Assembly (NCBI GenBank): GCA_009780995.1
Contig: WQYY01000001.1
Location: 1-40,313, forward strand
Length of the DNA stretch: 40,313 nucleotides
Direction: 5' to 3'
Source of the DNA: Desulfuromonadales bacterium
GTDB lineage: Bacteria; Desulfobacterota; Desulfuromonadia; Geobacterales; DSM-12255
The translations under genes and the position numbers were made by a program. Position 1 is the first letter of the stretch; the number at the start of each line of letters is the position of its first letter. Positions 10,844 to 20,879 of the stretch are shown here, in pieces. The notes under the pieces were generated by a model, which was given only the letters and a program-made list of their open reading frames with translations, did not search any database and was not told the origin of the DNA.

Positions 10844-11964
10844 AACTTCTTATAGCAGGGGGTGGCACAGGAGGGCATCTTTTCCCGGGGATTGCAGTTG
10901 CGGAGGAGTTTCTCTCAAGGGCTCCTGAAAACACGGTGGTTTTTGTAGGGACAGAACAGGGTATTGAATCAAAGGTTCTTCCCAAGCTGGGGTATGAGCT
11001 TAAGGCTATTCCAGCCAGCGGAATAAAGGGTAAGAGCCTTCTCTCGAAGGTTAAGGCTTTGGGAATGCTGTTGTACGGATATTCGGAATCACGGAAGATT
11101 TTAAAGGAGTTAAAGCCTGATCTGATCCTTGGCGTGGGCGGATATGTTTCCGCCCCCGCTCTGCTTGCAGCAAGAGGGATGCAGATCCCAAGGTTTATCC
11201 ATGAGCAGAACGCTATCCCCGGAGTGACTAATAAGCTTTTATCACGGTTTGTTGATGAAATATTTATCTCCTTTGAGGAATCTTTAAAGTTTTTCCATAA
11301 GGATAGAGCGATTCTCACAGGAAACCCTTTGAGAAAACAGATAACGGAAGATGTTGCGATTATAGATGGGGAAAGGGACGGCAGGTTTCATATTTTAGTT
11401 TTTGGCGGAAGCCTGGGAGCCAGCAGGATTAACAAAGTTATGGCTGAAGCGGCTTCCAGGTTTTCTTCGATTAAGGATATGATCGCAATAAAGCATCAGA
11501 CAGGCGAGAAGGATATTGATGAAGTGAAAAGGGCCTATGAGAGCGCCGGAATAGATGCGGAAGTCGTTAATTTTATTGATAACATGGCAGAAGCTTACAG
11601 AGCCGCTGATCTTGTAATATGCAGAGCCGGGGCGACTACTATCGCAGAGATTACAGCGTCCGGTAAGCCGGCTATATTTATCCCCTTTCCGTATGCTACA
11701 GACGACCATCAGAGAAGAAATGCCGAAGCTCTTCTGAAGCAGGATGCCTGCGGGATGATACTTGAGGTGGAGTTAACTCCTGAGATCCTTTTTGACAGGG
11801 TTAAGGAGCTTATTGATAACCCGGAGGCCCTTAAAGCAATGGGTGAAAATGCCAGAAAGCTGGCGCACTTAGATGCTGCCGAGGTTATTGTCAGTGATAT
11901 GCTGAAAGTCTGTAGCGAGAAGGGCGTAAAAGTTAAAAAACAGATTCAGTCGGAGTTAGCTTAG
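10840..11964 (+). CDS. murG: UDP-N-acetylglucosamine--N-acetylmuramyl-(pentapeptide) pyrophosphoryl-undecaprenol GlcNAc transferase
   Basis: N-terminal GGGTGGHLFPG motif and an ATGA overlap with ftsW. Confidence 0.95.
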   Translation: MKLLIAGGGTGGHLFPGIAVAEEFLSRAPENTVVFVGTEQGIESKVLPKLGYELKAIPASGIKGKSLLSKVKALGMLLYGYSESRKILKELKPDLILGVGGYVSAPALLAARGMQIPRFIHEQNAIPGVTNKLLSRFVDEIFISFEESLKFFHKDRAILTGNPLRKQITEDVAIIDGERDGRFHILVFGGSLGASRINKVMAEAASRFSSIKDMIAIKHQTGEKDIDEVKRAYESAGIDAEVVNFIDNMAEAYRAADLVICRAGATTIAEITASGKPAIFIPFPYATDDHQRRNAEALLKQDACGMILEVELTPEILFDRVKELIDNPEALKAMGENARKLAHLDAAEVIVSDMLKVCSEKGVKVKKQIQSELA

Positions 11965-12025
11965 CTGAGGTTTTACGGCAGCTAATGAGGTAAATTTTGA
12001 TTCAGTCGGCGCAATGAAAATTATT

Positions 12026-12199
12026 TGTAGGGGCGCGATTTATCGCGCCCAATACCGCAATCCGCAATACACGAGGGCGCGATAAATCGCGCCCCTACGG
12101 AAACGATACGCAACGACGGCAACATCACAAAGCCGAAGCTTGTAGGGGCGGCCATTGGCCGTCCGGGTTTTCGGAATGCCCAATGGGCATTCCCTACGG
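12026..12199. repeat. Array of four GTAG-type REP hairpins (two inverted doublets) between murG and murC
   Basis: The four units are TGTAGGGGCGCGATTTATCGCGCCC (12026-12050), its exact reverse complement GGGCGCGATAAATCGCGCCCCTAC (12075-12098), TGTAGGGGCGGCCATTGGCCGTCC (12141-12164) and GGAATGCCCAATGGGCATTCCCTACGG (12173-12199). The TGTAGGGG/CCCTAC flanks are conserved while the palindromic cores vary. Confidence 0.85.
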
Positions 12200-12282
12200 G
12201 AAACAAGACGACGAAAGCAACACAGTAGTCGGCCATTAATCTGCGCCGTACAAAAGCGGAAGTCTTATTAAGAGGTAATTGT

Positions 12283-13659
12283 ATGTATGGCAATATAGAG
12301 AAAATCCATTTCGTAGGTATTGGCGGTATAGGGATGAGCGGCATTGCCGAGGTGCTTCTTAACCTTGGGTACAAGGTTTCCGGTTCTGACCTGCGGGAGT
12401 CTGATATTACTCAGCGCCTTGCTGATCTGGGAGCGGAGATAGGGATTGGCCATGACGCCGATAACCTGAAAAGTGTTGATGTTGTTGTTATATCTTCTGC
12501 AGTGCACTCTGATAACCCTGAGGTAATCGAGGCCAATAGGTTGCATATTCCTGTTATCCCAAGAGCAGAGATGCTTGCGGAACTTATGCGAATGAAATAC
12601 GGAATTGCCATTGCAGGAACCCATGGCAAAACAACAACGACTTCCATGACAGCCTCTATTCTCGGACATGCAGGTATTGACCCTACAGTTGTTATCGGAG
12701 GGAAGCTTAATACAATAGGGACTAATGCGCTTCTTGGGAAAGGTGAGTTTCTTGTTGCCGAAGCTGACGAATCAGACGGTTCATTCCTTGTTCTCTCCCC
12801 TACCATTGCTGTCGTAACCAATATTGACGCGGACCATCTTGACCACTACTCAGGGATAGAAGAGATAAAGGATATTTTTGTAGAGTTTGTAAATAAGATC
12901 CCCTTTTACGGCCTTGCGGTACTCTGTCTTGATGACAAAAACATAAGGGCTATTCTTCCAAAGGTTAAAAAGAGGTATATGACATATGGCCTCTCTTCTC
13001 AGGCGGACGTCCGGGCCACACATATAAAGCATACAGGGTTCAAAACCAGCTTTATTGCCCATTATAAAGGGTACAGGCTTGGAGAAATATCATTTAATAT
13101 GCCCGGCGCTCATAATGTGCTGAATGCCCTGGCTTGCATTGCTGTTGCAATGGAACTGGATATTCCTTTTGACGCTATCCAGGAAGGTTTTGCGAAGTTT
13201 GGCGGAGTTGGCCGCAGGTTTACAATAAAAGGCGAGCCTGCTGGAATTATGATAGTTGATGATTACGGGCATCACCCTGCTGAAATCAGGGCTACTCTGG
13301 CTGCTGCGCGGCATGGTTGGCCTGAGCGTAGAATCGTAGCTGTATTTCAACCTCACCGCTATTCCAGGACTCTGGAGCTGTTCAGCGAGTTTGTTACTGC
13401 TTTTTATGACGCTGATGTTTTGGTGCTTACGGATGTTTATGCTGCAGGTGAAAAGCCTATTCCAGGAGCTGATGCTGAGAAACTTGCTGCAGAAGTGCAG
13501 AGATACGGGCAAAAAGATGTAAAATATATCCAGGAGCGGAGTGAAATACCGGCATATCTTCTGGAAAGAGTAAAACATGACGATATTGTTATCACTCTTG
13601 GCGCAGGAAATATATGGCAGCAGGGTGAAGCGTTACTAAAGCTTCTCGGCGAGGCATAA
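12283..13659 (+). CDS. murC: UDP-N-acetylmuramate--L-alanine ligase
   Basis: [11 protein letters not shown] Rossmann motif and [10 protein letters not shown]-loop. Confidence 0.95.
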   Translation: MYGNIEKIHFVGIGGIGMSGIAEVLLNLGYKVSGSDLRESDITQRLADLGAEIGIGHDADNLKSVDVVVISSAVHSDNPEVIEANRLHIPVIPRAEMLAELMRMKYGIAIAGTHGKTTTTSMTASILGHAGIDPTVVIGGKLNTIGTNALLGKGEFLVAEADESDGSFLVLSPTIAVVTNIDADHLDHYSGIEEIKDIFVEFVNKIPFYGLAVLCLDDKNIRAILPKVKKRYMTYGLSSQADVRATHIKHTGFKTSFIAHYKGYRLGEISFNMPGAHNVLNALACIAVAMELDIPFDAIQEGFAKFGGVGRRFTIKGEPAGIMIVDDYGHHPAEIRATLAAARHGWPERRIVAVFQPHRYSRTLELFSEFVTAFYDADVLVLTDVYAAGEKPIPGADAEKLAAEVQRYGQKDVKYIQERSEIPAYLLERVKHDDIVITLGAGNIWQQGEALLKLLGEA

Positions 13660-13661
13660 GA

Positions 13662-14552
13662 GTGGATTTATCCGGACTTGCCATACGGGGGGAATTAAGG
13701 CTGGACGAGCCGATGTCCCGGCATACATCTCTTAAAACAGGTGGTAATGCAGAGCTGTTTTTTATTCCGGAAGATAATGATGATTTGAAGGAATTTTTGA
13801 GATGGCTTCATCTCAGAAACCTCCCATGGCTCGCTGTTGGCAAAGGGTATGATATTCTTTGCCGCGATGGGGGAGTAAGCGGAGCGGTGATTTCCCTTGA
13901 AAGGTTTAACTCTATTACTTTTGAAAGTGACAGAGTTATACGGGCAGAGGCAGGAGTGGAAAATCTGGAGTTAGTGAGAACTGCACAGAAAAACGGATTA
14001 GGCGGGATCAGCTTTATTTCAGGGATTCCGGGGACTATTGGCGGAGCAGTAAGGATGAATGCGGGAGCTTACGGTAAAGGGATACTGGATTATGTTCTGT
14101 CTATTGATATCCTGCGGAATGGCGAGATTATAGATATGCCGATAGATTCTGTTAATTATGGCTATAGATTTATTGATCTTGAGCAAGATGATTTTGTTCT
14201 TTCCGCTCTGTTTAAGCTTGAAGAAGTCCCTTCTGAAATAACTGAAGATGAAATTGAACAAGATGCTGAATTACGCAGAAGTAAACATAACGTAGGATTC
14301 CCCAGCGCAGGCTCTTTTTTCAAAAATCCGATTGGAACTTCCGCATGGAAGTTGATAGATGAAGCAGGCTTGAGGGGTACTCAAGTGGGAGGTGCTCAGG
14401 TTTCTACAGTGCATAGTAACTTCCTTGTAAATACCGGAAAAGCAACAGCTGCGGATTTTATACAGCTTGCCGCTCTGGTAAAGAGCGAAGTATTTGAAAA
14501 AAGCGGAATTCTGCTTCAGGAAGAGGTCAAGATTGTCGGGGAAGATTTATGA
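13662..14552 (+). CDS. murB: UDP-N-acetylenolpyruvoylglucosamine reductase
   Basis: FAD-binding MurB signature ([10 protein letters not shown]) and C-terminal [12 protein letters not shown] start. Confidence 0.9.
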   Translation: MDLSGLAIRGELRLDEPMSRHTSLKTGGNAELFFIPEDNDDLKEFLRWLHLRNLPWLAVGKGYDILCRDGGVSGAVISLERFNSITFESDRVIRAEAGVENLELVRTAQKNGLGGISFISGIPGTIGGAVRMNAGAYGKGILDYVLSIDILRNGEIIDMPIDSVNYGYRFIDLEQDDFVLSALFKLEEVPSEITEDEIEQDAELRRSKHNVGFPSAGSFFKNPIGTSAWKLIDEAGLRGTQVGGAQVSTVHSNFLVNTGKATAADFIQLAALVKSEVFEKSGILLQEEVKIVGEDL

Positions 14553-15496
14553 AGGATAAAAGAATTGGCGTCATCATAGGTGGCCTTTCAGCCGAGCGTG
14601 AGATTTCAATTAAGAGCGGAGAAGCTGTTTTTAATGCCCTTGTCAGCTTGGGATATAATGCAGTAAAAATTGACGCAGCCTCTGAGCTTCCTGAAAAATT
14701 GAAGCAGCTTCAGATAGAAGTTGCTTTTATAGCTCTTCATGGGCGTTATGGAGAAGACGGTGCTGTTCAGGGGCTTTTGGAAATTATGAATATACCTTAT
14801 ACCGGTTCAGGTGTGTTAGCCAGCGCTCTTGCGATGGATAAGATATTTTCAAAAAAAATATTTAGCTCTTCAGGCCTTAAAATTACTGACTATTTTGCAT
14901 TGAAAGCGGGTGAAGTTTTAACTGAAAAGATGCTCCCTTTTCCTTTTCCGGTTGTAGTAAAGCCGTCTAAGGAGGGCTCTTCGGTAGGCGTCACTCTTGT
15001 AAAATCCGGTGATGTTCTGCAACAGGCTCTGGACGCTGCTTTTTCATATGATGATGAGATCCTTACCGAAAGGTATGTTAAGGGGAAAGAGATTCAGGTG
15101 GGTATTCTCAATGAAAAAGCTCTTGGCGCTATAGAGATTGTTCCTAAAAATGAGTTTTACGATTTTGAGGCAAAGTACAGTGACGGTATGGCAGAGCATA
15201 TAATGCCTGCTAATATAGCCCATGACAAATATGAAGAGCTGCTCAGCCTGGGAGAAAAGGCCCATAAAGCCCTTGGTTGTTCAGGTTACAGCAGGGTTGA
15301 TTTTATACTTAACGATTTGGGAGAGGCATATATTCTGGAGGTGAATACGCTTCCCGGAATGACCTCCTTAAGTCTTTTGCCTGAAATAGCCGGCTATGCG
15401 GGAATTAGCTTTGAAACACTTATTGAACAGATACTGCTTACTGCTTCTTTAAAAATTGGTAATAATTTGCCGGAAAAACAGAAAAATTTAAGTTAA
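14549..15496 (+). CDS. ddl: D-alanine--D-alanine ligase
   Basis: ATP-grasp Ddl signature ([24 protein letters not shown]) and a 4-nt overlap with murB. Confidence 0.95.
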   Translation: MKDKRIGVIIGGLSAEREISIKSGEAVFNALVSLGYNAVKIDAASELPEKLKQLQIEVAFIALHGRYGEDGAVQGLLEIMNIPYTGSGVLASALAMDKIFSKKIFSSSGLKITDYFALKAGEVLTEKMLPFPFPVVVKPSKEGSSVGVTLVKSGDVLQQALDAAFSYDDEILTERYVKGKEIQVGILNEKALGAIEIVPKNEFYDFEAKYSDGMAEHIMPANIAHDKYEELLSLGEKAHKALGCSGYSRVDFILNDLGEAYILEVNTLPGMTSLSLLPEIAGYAGISFETLIEQILLTASLKIGNNLPEKQKNLS

Positions 15497-15559
15497 TTCT
15501 ATAGCATTCAATAGGAAATAGAGTTATCTTATATTAATTTACTTAACTAATTGAGGGTG

Positions 15560-15589
15560 TTGGAAGTCTAATTAACTCTTTAATATAGT
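15560..15589 (+). promoter_or_regulatory. Candidate internal promoter for ftsQAZ: TTGGAA-18 bp-TATAGT
   Basis: Hexamers at 15560-15565 and 15584-15589 in the 108-bp ddl-ftsQ gap. The -10 box is identical to that of the mraZ promoter. Confidence 0.3.
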
Positions 15590-15604
15590 TTCAATGGGTT
15601 TGGA

Positions 15605-16426
15605 TTGAGAGAATTTTCACTAAATAATCAGAAACGTACAACTAAAAACCGTTTCAAGAAAAAACGGGAGCCGATAGATTTCCGCGGATTTTTTAAAAAA
15701 GTTGTTCGGTTGTGGCGTTTCGTTGTGATAGTATCTCTTGTAGCGGTAATTCTTTATCAGGCCTATGGTTTTATAGGGCATAGAGCATTTTTTAAGGTAG
15801 ATAAGATTAATATAAGCGGCTTAGAACGCTTATCAAAAGATGAGGTGCAGCAGATGGCCTCTGTAAAGCAAGGCGATGACCTTTTAAAATTGAATATATC
15901 GAAAATCGGGGAGCAGTTATCAAAGAATCCCTGGATTGCTAATGTAAAGGTACAGCGAAACCTGCCTGATTCGGTTTCTATCAGCATTGTTGAGCGTAAA
16001 CCTGTAGCAATTGTAAGTATGGGATATTTATATTACATGGATAGTAACGGAGATGTCTTTAAACCGCTTCAGGAGGGGGATAACCTTGATTTCCCGGTTG
16101 TAACCGGCCTTTCTGAAGATGATTTTATAAAAGACCCTTCCGGTGCAAAAGAGACACTGGCAGGTGTTCTTGAGCTTTTAAAAGATATGCGGCAGAGCGG
16201 TTCACAAGTTTTGATGTCAGATATATCAGAAATTCATTATGATAAGGGATATGGCTATACAATGTTTACTTTATCAAATGGGCTGCCAATAAGAGTTGGA
16301 ATGGATGATTTTGGTAACAAGATTCAAAGATTTTGTAAAATATATAATGAACTTCAACTGCAATTATCTAATTTACAGTATGTTGACCTTGATTATGCTG
16401 ATAGGATAGTTATAAACAGGGGTTGA
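15605..16426 (+). CDS. ftsQ: Cell division protein FtsQ (POTRA domain)
   Basis: Basic N-terminus, one TM helix and a POTRA-like region (KVDKINISGLERLSKDEV). Position before ftsA. TTG start. Confidence 0.85.
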   Translation: MREFSLNNQKRTTKNRFKKKREPIDFRGFFKKVVRLWRFVVIVSLVAVILYQAYGFIGHRAFFKVDKINISGLERLSKDEVQQMASVKQGDDLLKLNISKIGEQLSKNPWIANVKVQRNLPDSVSISIVERKPVAIVSMGYLYYMDSNGDVFKPLQEGDNLDFPVVTGLSEDDFIKDPSGAKETLAGVLELLKDMRQSGSQVLMSDISEIHYDKGYGYTMFTLSNGLPIRVGMDDFGNKIQRFCKIYNELQLQLSNLQYVDLDYADRIVINRG

Positions 16427-16456
16427 TTTTTTAACAGGATTATTAACGGAGGATAT

Positions 16457-17695
16457 ATGTCAGCAAAAAAAGACAACTTGGTTGTTGGACTCGATATAGG
16501 CACAACGAAAATTTGTGCAATAATCGGCAGTGTCAGTGAAGACGGTATTGATATTGTCGGTATAGGCACGAGTCCTTCAAATGGCCTTCGTAAAGGTGTT
16601 GTTATTAATATTGACAGCACTGTTCAATCTATACGCAAAGCTGTTGAAGAAGCTGAGTTAATGGCAGGCTGCGAGATAAAGAGCGTTTTTGCTGGTATAG
16701 CAGGGGGGCATATAAAAGGGATAAATTCCCAGGGTGTGATTGCAATTAAAAATAAAGAGGTCTCTCCTGAAGATGTAAAGCGCGTTATAGAAGCTGCTAA
16801 AGCCATAGCCATACCTATGGACAGAGAGGTAATCCATATCCTACCTCAAGAATTTATAATAGACGACCAGGATGGAATAAGGGAGCCTCTGGGAATGAGT
16901 GGCGTAAGATTGGAGACAAAGGTTCATATCGTAACCGGCGCTGCCGCCAGTGCGCAGAATATAGTAAAATCGTGTAACCGTTCAGGCCTTGATGTGGCAG
17001 ATATTGTATTGGAGCAGCTTGCCTCCTCTGAGGCGGTTCTTTCTCCTGATGAGAGGGAACTTGGAGTTGCTCTTATAGATATCGGCGGCGGCACTACCGA
17101 TATAGCGATATTTATGGACGGCGCCATAAAATACACATCAGTTCTCTCTTTAGGCGGTAATCAACTTACGAATGATATAGCAGTAGGGCTTAGAACCCCT
17201 ATGGCGGAAGCTGAAAAAATCAAACAGAAATACGGCTGCTGTCTGGCGTCAATTGTTGGAAAAGATGAAACCATCGAAGTCCCAAGTGTTGGAGGGCGTA
17301 AGCCGAGAATACTCTCCCGTCAGTTACTTGCAGAAATTCTTGAACCTCGTGTAGAGGAGATTTTCACCCTTGTTAACCGTGAAATCGTAAAATCCGGTTT
17401 TGAGGATATGATAGCTTCAGGAGTGGTTATTACAGGAGGGAGTACAATTCTTGAAGGGATGCCGGAGCTTGCGGAGCAGGTCTTCAATCTTCCTGTAAGA
17501 CGTGGGGTACCTCAAGAGATCGGCGGTCTTATTGATGTCGTTAACTCTCCGATTTATGCTACAGGAGTCGGCCTTGTAATTTATGGAAGCAGGCATCTTG
17601 AAATGGGAGCGCATTTTCCAACAACACAAAGTGATGATAATGTTTTCAGGAGAGTAAGCAGAAGAATGAAAGAGTGGTTTGGTGAGTTTTTTTAA
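16457..17695 (+). CDS. ftsA: Cell division protein FtsA
   Basis: Actin-fold motifs (VGLDIGTTKI, DIGGGTTDIA) and a C-terminal amphipathic helix. Confidence 0.96.
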   Translation: MSAKKDNLVVGLDIGTTKICAIIGSVSEDGIDIVGIGTSPSNGLRKGVVINIDSTVQSIRKAVEEAELMAGCEIKSVFAGIAGGHIKGINSQGVIAIKNKEVSPEDVKRVIEAAKAIAIPMDREVIHILPQEFIIDDQDGIREPLGMSGVRLETKVHIVTGAAASAQNIVKSCNRSGLDVADIVLEQLASSEAVLSPDERELGVALIDIGGGTTDIAIFMDGAIKYTSVLSLGGNQLTNDIAVGLRTPMAEAEKIKQKYGCCLASIVGKDETIEVPSVGGRKPRILSRQLLAEILEPRVEEIFTLVNREIVKSGFEDMIASGVVITGGSTILEGMPELAEQVFNLPVRRGVPQEIGGLIDVVNSPIYATGVGLVIYGSRHLEMGAHFPTTQSDDNVFRRVSRRMKEWFGEFF

Positions 17696-17733
17696 TCGTA
17701 TTTTAATATATAAAACTGTCAAGGGGGCATCTT

Positions 17734-18873
17734 ATGCAATTCGAGCTGGAAGGAAGTGCTGATTTAACGGCAAAAATCAAAGTTGTCGGCGTAGGTGGCG
17801 GCGGTAGCAACGCTGTTAATACCATGATTGAAAAGCATGTGCAAAATGTTGACTTTATTGTTGCCAACACTGATGCGCAAGCCCTTCGGACAGCGAAAGC
17901 GCCCATTAAAATACAGCTGGGCCAGGAACTAACCAAAGGGTTAGGCGCCGGCGCTGATCCGGATGTTGGCAGAGATTCTGCCCTTGAAGACCGCTCCAAG
18001 CTTATGGAGACTCTGCAAGGCGCGGATATGATTTTTGTCGCTGCCGGTATGGGCGGCGGAACCGGTACAGGAGCTGCCCCTGTTATTGCAGACGTTGCTA
18101 AGGAAGTCGGAGCGCTTACTGTCGGTGTTGTTACAAAACCGTTCACAAGAGAGGGGAAGAGACGTCTTACACAGGCTGAAGAGGGGATTAAAGAGCTCAA
18201 AAAGCATGTGGATTCTCTTCTTATTATTCCCAATGATCGGCTCATAGGGCTGGCAGGTAAAAATACCTCAATTCTTGACGCTTTTAAGCCTTCCGATGAC
18301 GTGCTTAGGCAGGCTGTACAAGGGATTTCAGATCTTATCACAACTACAGGCATGATAAATGTTGACTTTGCTGACGTTAAATCAATCATGAGCGAACGTG
18401 GCATGGCAATGATGGGTATTGGTATTGCAGAAGGGGATAACCGCGCAATGGAAGCTGCGAATGCTGCCATATCCAGCCCTCTTCTTGAAGATATCGATAT
18501 TTCAGGCGCAAAAGGCGTTCTCGTTAACATTTGCGGCTCAGCAAGCATGACAATGGACGAATACGAAATTGTAAGCCGTATTATCCATGAGAAAGTACAT
18601 GAAGACGCTAATATTATTATAGGGCTTCTTGTTGATGAGAGTTTGGGGGAATCTCTTAAAGTCACTGCCATTGCTACAGGTTTTGGCAACCGTTTTGATG
18701 AAATAGAAAGAAAAGAGATACGCAGCAATGTTTCGCATTTAAGACCCAATCCAGAGTCGGCGACAGTCATTGAAAAATTTAGAAAAGAATCTGTAACCCC
18801 ACATGCCTCTTTATTTGAGGAAGAAGATGAAGAGTATGATATACCTACGTTCTTAAGAAAATCAGTGGATTAA
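17734..18873 (+). CDS. ftsZ: Cell division GTPase FtsZ
   Basis: Tubulin signature GGGTGTGAAP, plus NTDAQAL and the C-terminal DIPTFLRK peptide. Confidence 0.98.
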   Translation: MQFELEGSADLTAKIKVVGVGGGGSNAVNTMIEKHVQNVDFIVANTDAQALRTAKAPIKIQLGQELTKGLGAGADPDVGRDSALEDRSKLMETLQGADMIFVAAGMGGGTGTGAAPVIADVAKEVGALTVGVVTKPFTREGKRRLTQAEEGIKELKKHVDSLLIIPNDRLIGLAGKNTSILDAFKPSDDVLRQAVQGISDLITTTGMINVDFADVKSIMSERGMAMMGIGIAEGDNRAMEAANAAISSPLLEDIDISGAKGVLVNICGSASMTMDEYEIVSRIIHEKVHEDANIIIGLLVDESLGESLKVTAIATGFGNRFDEIERKEIRSNVSHLRPNPESATVIEKFRKESVTPHASLFEEEDEEYDIPTFLRKSVD

Positions 18874-18879
18874 CCAATT

Positions 18880-18914
18880 AGCCTCCATGCTAAACAAAGC
18901 GTGGAGGCTTTTAA
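18880..18914 (+). terminator. Candidate intrinsic terminator after ftsZ
   Basis: Stem AGCCTCCA (18880-18887) pairs with TGGAGGCT (18902-18909) and is followed by TTTT. The U-tract is short. Confidence 0.5.
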
Positions 18915-18926
18915 ATATAAGGTTTT

Positions 18927-19136
18927 AGCCCGATAGGGTCTGATTTTCATAACCGTAGGTCAACGACCTACGGTTGAACAATACAATCGTTCATTTGCCT
19001 GAAAGGCAAAACCATGCTGCTACATGCTTCCAGATAAGGAACAGTAAGTAATGTTCTGCCTTTCAGGCAGATATTCTGTTTATTTTGTTTCCGCAGGTCG
19101 TTGACCTGCGGTTATGAAAATTTGGCTTTTCAAGCC
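18927..19136. repeat. Palindromic MITE-like element, copy B1 (about 210 bp)
   Basis: Terminal inverted repeats TTTTCATAACCG(T/C)AGG...CCTGCGGTTATGAAAA. Nested hairpins CCGTAGGTCAACGACCTACGG, TGCCTGAAAGGCA and TGCCTTTCAGGCA. The reverse complement aligns along the length of 39633-39824. Confidence 0.8.
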
Positions 19137-19175
19137 ATTATTCCACACTCCACTCTTCACACTGAATTTATATCT

Positions 19176-20819
19176 ATGTCCTGGAAAATCATTTCAAAAC
19201 TTAAAGCGAAACTGGATGCCGAATCAGGCATGGTTACAAAAAAGCGTGGCGGCTCTCTCTGTATCTGCCTTGTTTACCCGAACAGCTATTATGCAGGAAT
19301 GAGTAATCTTGGATTTCAGGCACTGTACGGTCTCTTTAACTCATATCCTGATATATTATGCGAAAGAGCTTTTTTACCGGACAAAAGCGATATTGCGGAG
19401 CATTTAAAATCAGGAACTCCTCTTTTATCCCTGGAATCTCAAAAACCTCTGTCAGACTTTGATATTATTGCCTTTTCTGTCTCTTTTGAGATGGATTACC
19501 TCAATATCCCTACTATTTTTAAACTTTCAAACATTCCTTCCCTAAGTTCGGAGCGGAGTGATTACCACCCTGTTGTTATTGCTGGCGGCGCGGCGATATT
19601 TCTGAATCCTGAACCTGTCGCGGATTTTTTTGATATTGCCTGCATTGGTGAAGCCGAAGAGATCCTTCCCTCAATTATTCATATCATCAGAGATATTAAG
19701 CTGTCTAAAAAGTGGGAATTCCTCTCCAGATTTGAATCTGTCACCGGAATATATTTGCCAAAGAGAAATGATGGCTCATTAGAGGTTTCAAGAGCCTATG
19801 CAAAGAGCCTTGACGATTTTTCCACAACATCTTTAATTCATACTCCTGATACAGAATTCGGAGATATGTATCTTATTGAGCTTTCCAGGGGCTGCCCTAG
19901 AGGGTGCAGGTTTTGCGCGGCAGGTTATATATATCTTCCTTATCGTCAACGGTCTAAGGATTTTGTAATAAGCCAGGTAGAGGATGCTCTTAACGATAAC
20001 AGGAAAATAGGTCTTGTTGCGGCTGCTGTAGGCGATTTCAGAGGTGTAGAAGCTATATGCGACCAGATTATGGAACGCCACGGGAAAGTCTCGGTCTCGT
20101 CTCTGAGGATTGACGGTTTCAGAGATGAAATGCTTGATTTATTAGTCTCTAGCGGCCATAAGACAGCTACTTTAGCTCCTGAGGGTGGGTCACAGCGGTT
20201 GAGAGATTTTATAAAAAAAGGGATAAGCAAAGATCAAATAATAAAAGCGTGTGAGCGGTTAACAGAACGGGATATATTAAACATCAAACTTTACTTTATT
20301 ATAGGGCTTCCAACCGAAACTGATGAAGATATAGAGGAGATGACAGCCCTTGTGAAGCAAATTCGGGAGGTTGTTATAGAAAAAGCCAGGGTAAATAAAA
20401 GGCTTGGGGAAATAACTCTTTCAATTAACCCTTTTATTCCTAAGCCATTTACGCCGTTTCAGTGGTGTGGGATGGCTCCACAAAAAATTCTTGAACATAG
20501 AATAAAACTGCTTAAAAAAAGTATCGGGAACTTGCCGAATATTACAATTCAGGTTGAGAATCTGAAAGATGCCATGTTACAGGCCTTGATTTCAAGAGGT
20601 GATAGAAAAATGTCAACTCTGATATTGAAAAGCGCTGAAACAGGCAGCTGGAAAAAAGCTGGAAAAGAGCTGAGGATTAATATTGAAGAGATGGTAACAA
20701 GAGATATCCCGTTAGATGAAAAGCTTCCCTGGGACTTTATAGAGGGGAACAGTAAGGAAGTTTTACTTAAGGAATATAGGGAGGCGTTTGAAATGAGGAG
20801 TGCCGTAAGAAATTTATGA
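19176..20819 (+). CDS. Radical SAM protein with an N-terminal B12-binding-like domain, function unknown
   Basis: CxxxCxxC cluster in ELSRGCPRGCRFCAAGY. I start at the ATG at 19176 (MSWKIISK) because the TTG at 19101 lies inside repeat B1. Confidence 0.85.
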   Translation: MSWKIISKLKAKLDAESGMVTKKRGGSLCICLVYPNSYYAGMSNLGFQALYGLFNSYPDILCERAFLPDKSDIAEHLKSGTPLLSLESQKPLSDFDIIAFSVSFEMDYLNIPTIFKLSNIPSLSSERSDYHPVVIAGGAAIFLNPEPVADFFDIACIGEAEEILPSIIHIIRDIKLSKKWEFLSRFESVTGIYLPKRNDGSLEVSRAYAKSLDDFSTTSLIHTPDTEFGDMYLIELSRGCPRGCRFCAAGYIYLPYRQRSKDFVISQVEDALNDNRKIGLVAAAVGDFRGVEAICDQIMERHGKVSVSSLRIDGFRDEMLDLLVSSGHKTATLAPEGGSQRLRDFIKKGISKDQIIKACERLTERDILNIKLYFIIGLPTETDEDIEEMTALVKQIREVVIEKARVNKRLGEITLSINPFIPKPFTPFQWCGMAPQKILEHRIKLLKKSIGNLPNITIQVENLKDAMLQALISRGDRKMSTLILKSAETGSWKKAGKELRINIEEMVTRDIPLDEKLPWDFIEGNSKEVLLKEYREAFEMRSAVRNL

Positions 20820-20879
20820 GCTTTGCTCTCTGGTTATGGAGCATTATACGCAAGCTATTACGTTCAAAGCGGTGAGTGT

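Noticed and set aside
11965-12282. Possible CRISPR array, because of repeated palindromic units
   Set aside because: The units alternate in orientation and have different cores. There is no constant repeat or unique-spacer periodicity and no cas genes. The structure fits GTAG-type REP doublets.
12021-12669. Two minus-strand ORFs (117 and 133 aa) spanning the murG-murC gap and the murC 5' end
   Set aside because: They translate REP hairpins (GRDKSRPYK, VGARFIAP) and the antisense strand of murC, with no RBS or motif support.
17703-18770. 355-aa ORF on the minus strand
   Set aside because: It is entirely antisense to ftsZ, whose identity is unambiguous. The translation is low-complexity (S/A/I/P-rich), so this is a typical shadow ORF.
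19101-19175. TTG-initiated N-terminal extension of the radical SAM ORF
   Set aside because: The extension lies inside repeat element B1 and its flanking 14-mer. The ATG at 19176 gives a sensible N-terminus.
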